Assembly (NCBI RefSeq): GCF_041146345.1
Contig: NW_027191409.1
Span: 372,001 to 436,000, forward strand
DNA: 64,000 bases
Source: Neodothiora populina
Taxonomy: Eukaryota
Direction: 5' to 3'
Made by a program: the position numbers and the translations under genes. How positions within the stretch are numbered: the first letter of the stretch is position 1; every line of letters starts with the position of its first letter. Below are positions 1 through 13,515 of this stretch, piece after piece. A model generated the notes under the pieces. It searched no databases, was not told where the DNA came from, and saw nothing but the letters and a program-made list of their open reading frames with translations.

Positions 1-943
1 TTGTGCGTTTTGTCAAGAATTTGTGTGTGTTTCTCGCAAGAGAAATCGAGGTAGAGCAACGGGGCAGAAGAGGTGACGTGTGTCCAGACTCGGGTGGGGG
101 GAGCTCCAAGAACGGAAACCCAAACTTCTTGGCTCCGGCCGACGTTCTTTCCCGTAGCTGCCCTCGCTGCCCTCGCTGAACTCGGCGCCTGCCCTACCGC
201 TTACCTTACTCTCTACGATGTGATCCGATGCGCAAGAGCCGCTCCTGGGATAGTCACAAGTAATCAACAACGGCCAACCCGTTTACAACGCAACGTTGCA
301 ACCACTTTGCCATTTTGAGATGGCAAATTTCGTAGAAACTCACATGTGGCCAGCTTAAGCGAAATTATTCGAGCAGCTGGAACTATACGGTGGTCTTTGT
401 AGTTGAAAAAGGCCGGTCAGAGAAATTGCCAGTGACGTAGTCGATGTTTTGCCAAATCACGTGAAATGAGGAAACAGCGGCGTCTGGTCGCCGTGCAAGC
501 GGGCTTGTTTTGATAAACAGATCGCTCTTTAGATGTTCACGACAACACATTCAGCGACGACTCGCTACGAACCCGGCAATCTACCAACCAGGCCTTCCAC
601 GACTGGGTTACGGCACTGATCAGCCTTGCATTCGCATTCTGGAAGCCTTGTCACAGGACGATTCCATCTGCCAGGACTGACTACCTCCGTAAACAACCGC
701 CGCATTCGAGTATCAATCGCTCGTTCTGGATGCCTTAACACGACTCGGGAGGTTATAGCTTGCGACCAATCACGACTACGACCACATCATGTATTAGAGA
801 TTCCAATCGCACATACCGTATCTTTGTCTGGGTAAGAAAATTGTGGCTCGTATACAAAAATCCAATGTTTGTTGACAAACCGGGCTGATATCAAAACAGA
901 CTCACGCGAATCCATACCACAAATATCTAAACATTAATTCTCA

Positions 944-3691
944 ATGGCCTTCCAAATGCAGCGCACTCGCTCTGCACACTCCATTCATCGGCCATTGTCG
1001 CGTGCTTCCACTCAGAGTGCGCAGTCACCTGCGCCTGACCTGCTGCCGGACAATAAATATCATAATAATGCCGCCTTCATGCAGCAGCAGCTCATGGGTA
1101 TGCAATATGTCAATCCTCAGCCCACGAACCACATGGATCCTATGATGCAGATGCAAGCGCAAAACTTCCAGATGTCCCAGCAGCAGTTCGATCCAAATCA
1201 ACACTATCTGCCGGATAATGCGTATATGCTTCCCGGCGATACTAACTACCCCATGCCACCTCACATGATGCAGTACCAAGCCCAACTCAATGGATCAGAG
1301 CCCGAAGACAAGCGACGAAAGGGTTCCTCAGCCACTGCAACCAATGATAAGGAGCTGAGAGAGCTGCTGAGTCGTAATGATGGGCGCTCGCTTCCCGAAG
1401 TCGCTCAAGAAGTCATCGCAAAGGAGCGAACACCCCAAGCAGAGAAAACAAAACAGCTCTTCGCTATGTTATGGTAAGCTCACACTTAATAAGACCGCCG
1501 CCTTTTGATTCTATTGTTCTGACCTATCCGCTAGGCTTCGCAAGGTGTGCAAAACCGCAAAGACTTCTGTCCCGCGCAATCGTGTTTACTCACATTACGC
1601 CACTCGATGTGGCACCGAGAGAGTCGTTCCCCTAAATCCCGCTTCCTTCGGAAAGCTTGTTAGAGTCATCTTTCCAGGAATCCAAACCAGACGGCTGGGC
1701 GTCAGAGGCGAGTCCAAGTATCATTATGTAGACCTTTGTCTCGTCGATGATGCTCCTGCCGAACAATCCCAAGGCACCGCAAGGAGTACTCCTGCCTTGG
1801 AAAGGGCTGATTCAAGACGTAGCATGTCTGTTCAGCATGCACAGATTGATTTCAGCGCTGTACCAAGACCCACATCCGACAATATCGGCCTTGCCTCGCA
1901 GGATGGTATCATGGAGAAGCTCCAACCTTCCACAGAATCTGAGTCTCGGGGGCCGCCCTCGCATGCTAAGCTCTTTGCATACCCAGATACGAGGGGTATG
2001 GTCGCCGACAACGAAGGCTCGGTCATGTACGATCAGATATTACGTTTTCCACTCAAGGATGAATCTCCATCACAAGAGAATGAAGCAATCATACTTCCGG
2101 ACTTACATCCCTTCTGTCCCCTGAAGACTGACCCAGATACCGCAGACGCCTTGGTGGCGCTGTATCGAACCCATTGCACGTCACTCATCGACTGCATACG
2201 TTTCTGCAAGGAGAAGCAGTTCTTCCGTCTGTTCACATCTTTCCACGGTACCCTCACAGTACCTGTGCAGAAGCTCTTGGCCCACCCTAATCTTGCGCCG
2301 TGGATTCAGGCCGTGGACACGTTGATGTACCAGAAGATGGTCCGCTTCGTCTCGCGCCTCACACTCCAGGCTGCTCCCCCGGCCGTCATCACCATTCTCA
2401 ACAACATCTCAACCAACCTTCACGCGCACATCTCGAAGATCTTCTCGTCGCATCCTGTTCATCTTCTACAAGCCAAGCTGAAGCCAGCGGCGACATTCGC
2501 CAGTCTTTTGCACCGTCTCATCCGTGTCAATGCTGCGGCACACGCTGCAGCAAACCTACTAACAATCGATCAAAACCGAGAGCAGATGTGGAGGGAGTGG
2601 GTCACGATGGTGAATCCGAAACGTGTCATGGAGGCTGAGCTACCTACGTGTGGCTACGAAGAGGTGTATAAGATCCTTACCCAGGATATCAGAGGTCTGT
2701 TGGAACCTCTCGCATCCCCACCATTCCCCGACAATGCTCTCTTCTCTTTCGACAACGAAGCCTACGGCTATGCGCAGAACAGCTTCTCGAACGCTTTCTC
2801 AAACAACCTCGAGCAGTCCGACAATCCTGCCTCAACGGAGAACATTCTGGATCGCTGGTCTACCTTCCTATCATCGCTACCCGCACGTTTCCCTCAGGCG
2901 AAGACTCGAGTCTTGCTTCACTGCATCAGCGCTGTTGGAACCGCTGCGCTCCGCGATATCACCATCATGGGTGGTGCGAGCTACCAGACTTGGTGGGTTA
3001 TGAAGATCTTTGTTGATGAGATGGCACTGTGGCTGGCCGCCATGGGAGGGTTTCTGGAGCACGACGCGTCAGCTGTCGTGCCACAGGCAGAAGTTTCTCC
3101 TGATCTCCGAGCTGTCGACCTGCGAACTAGCGTGGGAAGTAACAACAGCGAGATGCACAGCCGAATGAGCAGTCTCGACCCAGACTTCAGCATGTCAATG
3201 GGCAACCAAAGCCAAAGTCAAATGATTAGACCGTCAAGTGCACATAGTAAGTAACGTGACTCTCCTTTCTAACATGATTTCTTAACATTGCAGAGCTCTA
3301 ACTAACCAAGTCACGTAAAGTTTCGAGACCTCAATCAGCACACTCCATGCACAGCTACGGCGTTTCTTCTAACAGACGACCACTCTCTCGTGCGCAGACT
3401 AGCATTGGCAACATGCAAATCGACACACACGATCAAGCCCAGCAGCAGCTATTAGGCATGCAAATGGGCCATCGCCACAGCTTTTCCATGCCCGGCCAAG
3501 CGCACGTACCGCAACAGCCGAGCAACCTGTCGCTTCACACATCGGTCGCTCCTGACCTGGGTGATATGGACGACAGTGGCATTGGAATGAGCCTTGTCGA
3601 TGATGATGCTCTTTCCAAATTTAACTTCACTACGGCAGATCTCGGATCGCAACTAATGAGCAGTGGCGAGATCAGCGTGTCTATGGTCTGA
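944..3691 (+). CDS. RFX-family winged-helix transcription factor (CPCR1/RfxA-like), 3 exons (~944-1472, ~1534-3246, ~3321-3691)
   Basis: RFX DNA-binding domain LFAMLW/L..VPRNRVYSHYATRCGTERVVPLNPASFGKLVRVIFPGIQTRRLGVRGESKYHY; GTAAG..TAG intron joins ORFs 944 and 1545; a further intron joins ORF 3347. Confidence 0.9.
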
Positions 3692-4685
3692 CCGCCAGAC
3701 GATGCTTTCTCGCTGCTTTCCGAGCTACCAAAACACGACTATCATGAACGCAATTACATGAATTACTTATTAAAGGCGGGATGAAATTCTAAGAGGTGCA
3801 AAAAACATGGATGTTTCAAAGGAGCATGAGAGAGGACGTTTCACTTTGACTCTCATGCATACGAGCATACGAAGCCTTTCTATGAAGGAAGCATGCGCAT
3901 CTTCTTCGAACATCTCTACGATGAAAATAGAGAAGTAGAAGAAGAGGGGCGTCCGTCGGCTCATTCCTACGACGCCTTCCTCCTGACGATTACGACTATT
4001 ATTATTGTCACTTCTCTGATCTTAATATGGGTATCTCTTCTCCTGTTTCTATGATACCATTTCGGGGAGGCGGATGGATGGGGGAATTTTTTATGAAGCG
4101 GTTTTGCGGCCTGATCGATTTGCAGGTGGATGTCGCCTCTACCCCTTGCAACCTATATGATACGATCGGGTCGCATGGCTGCAGGAGTATTCGACTTTTT
4201 CCGTTTTTTACTATTACAAAGTACACGCGCGTTTCGGGACAAACGGAGAACATTGTGGTGGGGTTAAGGAAGTCTGTGTCCCTCGTTGAGAAAAATCATC
4301 TTTCTCCGTGGAACAAGACCTTTTGTTATTATTTTACTTCTCTGATGTCCATTGATTGCTGCACTTTCTGTACGAAGTGCGGAAGGAGTGTTGGGAGGGA
4401 CTTGTTATTAAACCGGGTGTGATGCATTGAACTGATTATTGACTGATTGGACCGAACCGAATTGATTGATAACTGAGATATACGAGCATTTTCACAAATA
4501 CTCTTTCGGGTTTTTTCTTATTGAATTCGTGTGCAAAGACTGTGTCTAATTTTCGATTCAATGTTCTAGGTCTTCCCTCATTACGTGCAGAACTCGTGGG
4601 GCTTCGTGCCATCTCAGAAGAACGAGAGCATGAGTGACCTGAAGACATTCTTGACATGTCTCGTACTGTAATGACGCCATGTAAA

Positions 4686-6350
4686 TCAGACGTCCACGAG
4701 ACAGCAGCTGTCCACGGCGCCAAAGCCGGCGGCTACGCCACCCTCCTCGCTCTGGTCGCCCTTGGTCCTCAAGAGGTACCCAGCCTGATAGTTCTCGAAG
4801 ATCTGATCCAGGCCCTGCGCGTCCTTCTTCAACCGCCAGAGACAGACGCCATAGACGCCGAGCTCACCGATGACTCCGCCCTGCTGCACCTCGCCGTTAC
4901 GCAGGATGCTATTGGTCAGCGCGGGCGGCTCGATCATCTCCATGAGGATGTGCGCAGGCCAATGGGACTCGGGTTCTTGCTTCAGGAACTCCGGGATTGC
5001 TTTGCGGTACACGTTGTTGCCGCCGCCTTCACGCTGGGGCTTCAGTACGTAGCGCGTGGCGGTCTCGGGGTCCTGGGCTAGTTTGCGTGCTTCTTGTCCT
5101 GCTTCGCTGGTGTCCATGGGGTAGATTGGCGCGAAGGTCTTGTGCACTGCGGCGGCTTGCTCCTTGTCTTGCAGGAAGCGGGCTAGGTGCGGGGAGTGGG
5201 GAGTGGCTAGGACCTGCTGGACTTTCTTTGAGCCGGCGAGATGGGTCAGGATCGAGGGACATTTGATCGCTGAGCTGCGCTCGATGTGGAGACGTGAGTC
5301 CCAGTCTGCTTTGCCGTTGTAGTCGGATGGAGCGTATCCGGCTCGAAAGTAGACCACGGACACCTCCCAGGTTTGCTTGGGAGCGTGGGGTGGCGTGTAC
5401 AAGAGGTTGCGCTTTTCGTCGAGTCTGGTGTGGGCCATGACGGAGTCGAACTTCACGCGGAAAGAGCGCACTCCTTGTCTGGCTAGTAGCATGTACTCCA
5501 GATGTCTCTGATCGAACACGTTGCGCTCGAGGTCCTGGACAACGAAGATCACACATAGCGGGTTTTCGGTCTTAGGCTTACCGTAAGCGTTGTGACCTTT
5601 GGCCAGACCTGCTGCTAGTAGAGGAATAGATTTGCTTCTCTCCAGTGATGATGGCTTTATCACAGATGCACTCTCGTGAGGATATGCATCTGTTGATAGA
5701 AGGTAGTTGTGCATCTCTGACACCTTTGATGACAAACCTCCGAATGACGATGCAATCGTGTTGAATTCGACTTGCTTGATTGTTGGCTTTGCATCGGTCT
5801 CCATCGGATCCAAGTGAACCATGTAGTCTGAACGGAACAGACCAAGAGTGATGTCCTGACATCGATTAGCTTTGCATGAAGAGATACAACTGATAGACAC
5901 CATACCTGTACAATACCCTCCTCCTTCACCGTGAGGTAGACCTTCCATAGCTCCGCGATGAAATCATCTACTTCTGCCAGCCTGATGACAGTCAGTAAGA
6001 TTCTCCATCACCCCGGAAATGCCAGGTTCGCAGGTCCTCTATACTTACTCCTCGACGATTTGCTTCAACCAGGGTTCATCACTTGCAATAGCGGCGTAAA
6101 GCTCGTTATAGGCAGTTTGGATACCGAGACCTTGTTCGAAACAGCTCCGGGGGAACAGACTCGGGAAGATCGTGACAGGCGCAGTTACAGCAAGCGAGCC
6201 TGCTGGATCTTGGTCTTTAGAGACGAATGAGGGAACTGGTCTGACCGCAAGCCCATTGGCTATCGACCAGTCCTTGATGCTCGTGAGGAGATAGTCCAAT
6301 TGAGCCTCCGAGAGGTCTGGCGGGTACTTGGGATAGATTTCTCGGGACAT
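4686..6350 (-). CDS. GSH2: Glutathione synthetase (eukaryotic type), 3 exons
   Basis: LGLFRSDYMVH, KQVEFNTIASSFGGLS, YVLKPQREGGGNN, GGVAAGFGAVDS motifs; ORFs 6045-6353 and 4686-5948 joined by two short introns. Confidence 0.95.
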
Positions 6351-7435
6351 CACGACGTACTATCAGGCTAGATCGCTTACAGAGAATGAAAGTAATGGGT
6401 GGCTAATGAGTGGTGAATTAGGAGTGACTCTGCCATCGGGTACTGATTACCAATTGTGGTCGTTGGCAACGCCAAGCCCAATCGCGCCTTCGACCCCAAA
6501 CCGTCTGCGTCTCCACTTTCACCACTTCTTGACTTTGCGTGCGAGTTGTCGTATACTAAGCGCTCACTACGATATAAATACAGCGATAACCGCTGTAGTA
6601 GAAGCGATGTCAAAAGAGATGGCATCGGCTAATAATAGTGAACCCGGTCGGCGGTACAACTTTACTGCAGGTGCCGTAGAACGTGTGGTGTTCAGCGAAT
6701 ATTGAAAGTCGAGAAGCTGCATCTGATAGTTGTTGCATCATGGACAAAGGCAGTGGAGGGTTGCCTTGCGCCCTCCGTCACTCTTTCTGCCACTCAGGGC
6801 TCAGGAGTCGGAGGTACAGACCATAGCGAAGGAGAGGAGTAGTGAGTAAAATGCTACGCGATAGCACAAAGACAACTGTGATTTGCACTGAATCTTCCTT
6901 TACGATGAATGTCTCACGACATTATGTCCAAGACAAATATCTCTAAGCGTAAGTGTCAGATGCTGCATGGTTAATCTTCAGTTCATGAGGCTACGAGAAC
7001 AGCAATTGCGTTGGTCGACCACCTCGCATCATCTGAGCCACCCGCCTCAGTAACCGACCTTGTCCTATGGGTTACAAACAACCCTTACAACTGACACCTA
7101 AGCCACCTTCAGTAGCTGTTGCTACCTCATATTAAAACTGGATGCAGCACTACTGTCGGGTTGACCATTCTCATACAAGAGGTGTCCAGGACCTGACCAT
7201 CGGCTTCGCCATTGCTCCTGAAAAAGGCAGGAACTGCTTCACCTTCCCTTCATTTCGCTCCTTCCACTCCTTCCACTTCATCCACACCCTTCTGTGCACA
7301 GACCGTCCTAAATCAGTGTTGATGTGAAGCGGGTCCTTTGACAGACCATCATCTACCTTACCCTACGCTTTGTACCTTACCCTTCTATGGTATTACCTGA
7401 AGAGAGGACTTCATGTTTTGACCACAAGCACCAAC

Positions 7436-10400
7436 ATGGCAGATGCCGATCCATGCCAATGGTCGCCGCGTGAAGTAGCGCACTACATACGCACCTGTCT
7501 GCAAGGCAACATTGACACCTTAGGCATACGCCATGTTGCCCACTTCGATGCAGTGCAGCTTGCTGCTCAGTTTGAAGACGAAAATGTGAACGGGTTTTCT
7601 CTGCTCCAGGATATCAACGGAGACACTCTGAAGAATGACTTTGGCCTCGCTAGCATGAGCACGCGGACTGCGATAACAGTAGTTCTCGATAACCTACGCC
7701 AGGTGTCCGACAACTTCAACATAGTCAAGAGCAAGCCTCTACCTCCATCACTCTTTTCACTGTCCGCGGTACCCTCTTCTCCTACTATTCACCTTGAACC
7801 TGGACCTCGTTGCGATGAGCGCCTTGTCGAGATTGAGACAGGCCGGGACCGGGGCAGACTCAACTTCGAATCTACAACGTCGTCCATGCCGAGCCGCATG
7901 AGCACGCCGGACTTCATCATCAGGCGAAGATTGATCAGCAGAAGGGAACATGATGACGACCGACACTCCTTCAGTGATCTTCCGGCACAGGCTTTCCCTC
8001 TTAACGATATTTTCTACGGTGCTACCAAATTAGGCCACGAGCTTGATCTGTCTGAGTCTGCTACCGATGATTTCTCCTTCGTATCTAGTGGACAAACCCA
8101 CCCCGGCCTTATCAAATGCGTTGGTCACCGCATGAAGCACTTTCTCGGCAATGCGCAGATGGAGAAGACCATGTTTCTCGGTGAACCAGCTGTCGCTTTA
8201 TACCCATACGCGAGGAGGCTTCCTCGCCATCCTAAAGCAATGTCATCAGAAGAAACTCCTAGAGCGATCACTATGTTTCAAGCTCGAGACGACGGCCGCA
8301 TCGCTGCGATACGCACAGATGAGGATCATCTTGACGCTCTTCCTTCGGACGACGACGACGACTCCTCCATCACCTCTTCTAGCCTAATGCAGGGAAACCC
8401 TGAGGAGGATCGCGAGATCATCAGGGACGCAAGAACTACTTTTGACCGAAACAAATCTGCACTGATAGTAAATGAGGTAATTCAGGAGATCACTCTGGCC
8501 TGGCATGAAAATGAACAGCCAACCTTGGAGAAGACTCAAGCTTGGCGCATCTGGCGGCACTTCCATGCTTCTTGCCACGTTTTAGAGGACAGGCTCCAAC
8601 ACCTGAGATCGCGTTGCGACAATTATGTCGAGGAGATACTGAAGGAGCACTGGCGGAGCGAAAAATCTCTGAGGAAACAATGCGCTTGTCTCGAAGCTAC
8701 CGTCGAAGACATTGCACTTGAGGAGTGGAAGATTGAAGTCTCCCAGCGGAAGAAACAGCCCGATCGGGAAAAGGCGCCTCGAATGAGCATAACGAAACAT
8801 GCCATCCGTACTAGTTTAGACATCGACCACAGCAGGTTTATTTCAGCTGATACACTAACTAATATTAATGGACTCTGGTCAGATGATAATGTCCGCACAA
8901 CATCTCTGGATCCAGATAGCCATGAAGGGTCTAATGTCGATTCCGAATCGCCTCTGGACTACGAACACCAGCACGATGTTAAGTCTGGTCAGGAGCAGTC
9001 TAGCGTTGACCAAGATGGAGACATTATAATGACCTCGCCGGTAGAAACCGAGATTCCACCGCAATCATCTTTGCCTGCGATAGACTTAGACGACTACATT
9101 ACTATATCGTCCTCTTCAGGATCGCGACCTCCAACGCCGCGAAAGGTGGCATGCGCACATCTACAAACTCGTGGGGATGAGGACTCGTTCTACGCATCAA
9201 CCGAAAACATTGAGTCATGGCAATTCCAGAATCTCGAAGCTGAGATGGATGCTAAGAGGATCTTGATCAAGATTGTGTATGAGATGGATTATCATATAAA
9301 AAGACTGATCATAGGGTATATGAACAAGACTAGTCTTTCCGAAATCTCTCTCGGCATAAGAGAGGTTTGCTTGACCTTTCCCTCAGAGGCACTGACTTAT
9401 GCGGAACACGATATCGAGACGTCGAAAGCTATGAATTGCGTAGCACGACTGTATCTATGTTACCGTCACGAGATCGCCCACTACTGGACGAGTCCTGCGG
9501 TAGACTGCGGTCACTCGTCCGCGAAATCCAGACCTATCACTGACTATTCCTTGTTGCAATGGCATATATGCCTTAGAAAGGCTTTGTCATCGGTACATAA
9601 ACCGATACCTGTCCTTGAGCTCACGGACGACGATCACGAGGATGAGGATGAGGAAGAGGATGAGGAAGAGGATGAGGAAGACGATACGGAAAGTGTGATT
9701 GCCCATACTTCTCGAAAGAGGAGTGTAGTAAAAGACAAGACTGCAGAGAATATTTGCCAGAAAGCTTTAGAAAGACAAGCAGACTCCTCAGTGTATGAGC
9801 CCTCGACATTGTTGAGCCAAGGGCGCCACAATAAGATCATCATATCTCGTCGCGGTGATGGCGACCTGTCGCTCGCTGTTTACCTTAATCCCCACCTGGC
9901 GACCAACCTCAAGCCTCATCAGGTCGAAGGTGTCTGATTCATGTGGCGTGAGCTTACTGTTGCTGATGACGACGACGGTCAAGGATGTATCCTCGCACAT
10001 ACCATGGGGCTCGGCAAGACTGCTCAAGCGATCGCGTTGTTAATAACGATAGCAGAGACTATACTCTCTCCAGAAAAGAGACTCTTCATTCCTCAGAGCT
10101 TGACAAGGCAGCGCACATTGATAACATGCCCACCCGGGCTTATCAGCAATTGGCAAAAGGAGATGAAGATGTGGGACTTGGATAATATACTAGGAATTAT
10201 CTTTAGTATTGATTCTGAGAGCACAGACAAGTCTGCTCGCATGTCGATCCTGAGATCCTGGGATGCGAGTGGGGGGGTCTTGCTGATAGGCTACAAATTA
10301 CTTCAGAACTTTCCGAGCGGTGATGCGGAAAAAACTCGAGACTTCACGACTGAGGAACGTGATGAAGCAGCAGGGATTATCCTAAATTCTCCGTCTCTTG

Positions 10401-11839
10401 TGATCGCGGACGAAGTACATAAGCTGAAGAACGCTTCGTCGAAAACTTCCCAATGTGTTGCAAGATTCAGGAGTCAACGAAGAATCGGCTTGACGGCATC
10501 TCCGATGTCAAATAACACGCAAGAGATTTATGCAATAATCTCGTGGACAGCACCGGGATATCTTGGCTCTGCTGATGAGTTCCGAGCACATTATGGAGAG
10601 CCGATTGAGGCGGGCACATACAGTGACAGCACCCATTACCAACAGCGGCGGAGTCTGAAAAAGCTCAGCGCATTAAGCCGAATCATCAGCCCCAAACTGA
10701 ATCGAGCCGACATAACGGTACTGAAAGGTTCTCTGCAGGCGAAGGTCGAATTTGTTTTAACTATCCCCCTCACCTATGTTCAGAAGACAGCGTACACTAA
10801 ATTTGTGACACACCTTCTCTCCGGAAATGGTCAGACGATAAGCCAAACTCAGCTTTTTGGCTGACTTGATCTCCTCAGACTGTTATGTAATCATCCATTA
10901 TTGTTCCGCAGCAAATTGCTTGAAAGTCAGACGACTAATACGCAGATCCCAGCTGCTACGGCTGGATCTGTGGATGAAAATGGAGATGGGGAAGGGGAAG
11001 AAATCGCTCATGACGACGAACATGTTTCACCTCTCGACATCAGCGACAGTATGATCAAGGACTTATTTCAGTCATTGCCGGAGGGTGCCGATGAAACTGG
11101 CTCACACAAAGTGCAATTGGTGGAAGCTATCATTAAAAATTGTATCGACGCCGGCGACAAAGTCTTACTCTTTTCTCAAAGCATACTTTCTCTTGACTAC
11201 CTTGAGAGACGCTTGCATGGAAGACGTTTCTCACGCATTGACGGTGCTATGAAGCCAAAATCACGTTCCAGAATCCTACAAGACATGGAAAATGGTATGT
11301 ACGACGTGCTCTTGATCTCAACGCAAGCAGGCGGAGAAGGTGTTAATATACAATCAGCCAATCGAGTTATAATCTTCGACTTTTACTTCAACCCTACATG
11401 GGAGGAACAAGCGATTGGACGAGTGTATCGGCTAGGCCAACTCAAGCCAGTGTTTGTCTACCGAATCGTTGCTGGAGGAACGTTCGAGAGCAAGCTATAC
11501 AATCAGGCTCTGTTCAAGGCAGCTCTAGCATACAGAGTCATCGACAAAAGAAATCCCATGCGCAACGCTAACAAGAAAGCGCGAGAGTGGCTGTCTATAC
11601 CTGAAGATGTACCGCAGGACGATATTGAGGGCGACAAAGGCAAGGATCCTATGGTGCTAGACAAGCTCTTGGAGGCTGAAGGGACTCAGGGCATCATCAG
11701 AGGTATCAAGACTATGGAGACCTTACAGAGGGACGCCAATGATGAGCCGCTGACAGAGGAGGAACAGCGTGAGGTCGAAGAGGAAATTCGCAAGGCCTCC
11801 CTCCTGAAAAACGCTAGACGATCTGCGCCAGGGTTGTAG
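7436..11839 (+). pseudogene. SNF2-family (ATRX/RAD54L2-like) ATPase; one reading frame interrupted by two in-frame TGA codons (9935-9937, 10862-10864); pseudogene or recoded gene
   Basis: ORFs 7370-9937, 9941-10864 and 10901-11839 are in the same frame; motifs LKPHQ, GCILAHTMGLGKT, DEVH, LTASP, KVLLFSQ, EEQAIGRVYRLGQ. Confidence 0.85.
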
Positions 11840-12246
11840 TCTGTCTGTATATGCAACAGTCATTTGCGAAGGCCTTGACCCATGTCTGCGTTACCGAAAT
11901 CATGGTGTCATGGATCATTTTCAGGGCGCTGGCGTACATGTGCTTCTTAGGGATTTTCCTGAGTTTAAGGTCGGATACGCAGGACTATGTACACTGAGAA
12001 TGCTTCGCTATCGCAACGTGCTTTTTGCCTAAAAGCCCGCCCGGTCCTATGATAAATATGAAAGATCATTGCAACATAAACTATGTGCATGTGACTTGAG
12101 TCACAATCGCTCGTGAGATATCGTAAAATCATAAGAAGAGACCAAAACTCTGCGAGGCATGTAATGCATTGAAGAAGACCGAGTAATGGCCACTCGACAC
12201 GCTGTTCTCTCACCCCTTGGAAAGACCCAGTAGCTCCACGGCGAAC

Positions 12247-13515
12247 TCAAATCGTCGTACGCGGTCTACACAGCTCTGGCATCTGCATCTCGACATCTGA
12301 CTTGCCGAACGGGCCAAACTCTCTCAGCTCAGCAAACTCGTCCGGCTTGGGCCTCTGCACTTCACGGCCCCAGTCCGGAGAGTGGAAGTGATGATTTTGA
12401 GCCGAGTCAAAGTTGGCGTATCTCCTGTCGCTGCTACCACTATGATAGGCTTCCGGACCAGTGCCTCCCTCTCCGCCACCTCCTTCGCCGAAGGGGGTGC
12501 TGATGCGCCGCAGTTTGTACCGCGACAGTCGGTCCAGAGCGGTCTTGAAGTCGTCTAGGATTACAGTGTCCGTCAAGCACTTAAATACGAAGGATAATTT
12601 CCAGAAGGGATTGATGCCGTCTGGGGCACCGGAGCCACTGATGACGTGGGTCACGGATAGGATATCGACGATGATAAAGCCGATGCTCAGACTCATAGCC
12701 GTGAGTAGGACGGCGAAGCGTGGCGAAACGCGACAAAGTTCTATGATGCCGAATTCGTAACGTCGCTTGATATTGAAGAAGAGTGAGCAGCACGTGTAGA
12801 CCCACCAGGGATCTCGGAAGAGTGCCTCGTATGGTCGTGTGTATCTGAACAGGTCGTTGATATTGTTGAAGTAGAGGAAGTTTGCCACGATCTCGATAAT
12901 CCAGTACGGTTGTACCAGGATGACCGTGCCGATATAGATCATGCTGACTCGTCGACTGAGGAACGGCTTGTTCTTCATCCAGGCGATGACATTATGCATC
13001 GACCATGATACATTAAGAAAGATTGCTCCGACAGATAGATACCAGCCATAGTAAGGCGGATTCGGAAATATGAAGAAGCCTTGGAACATCCCGAATATGA
13101 GCTAGATCGTCAGTCAGCCGTGAAATGTACGTGATTATAGCATGAGAAAATGCATAGTAGTAACACGACTTATTATGGCAGGTGTTCTTTAGACTGTCGC
13201 TGCGATACTTGAAAACAAGATTCACTTCAGCGACACGTGTGATCGAAGTTTCACAATTGAAGCCGCAACGATGTCTGACAAGCCGGCTACCGGTCCTTGT
13301 TTCATGGCATAAAAAAACTAAAGCATCGCGAGCGCAAGCGGAGTCGACATGGAACGAACCTCGATAAGAATGAGCTTGTGAAGGACGACTTTGCGTCGCA
13401 TATTTGCTACAGTAATGCAGGCCATCATTACCAGACTTCCGACCATGAAGCCCTGCGCCCATGCTTCCAGAGTAAGACCTGCCGGGTCACTCGGTTTTTG
13501 CACGCTCAACACCAT
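12247..13515 (-). CDS. Fungal multi-pass integral membrane protein of unknown function, 2 exons (intron ~13102-13359)
   Basis: Several hydrophobic segments; exon 1 ..LHKLILIE splices (GTTCGT..CTGAC..TAG) in frame to LIFGMFQGFFIF of ORF 12247-13089. Confidence 0.75.
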
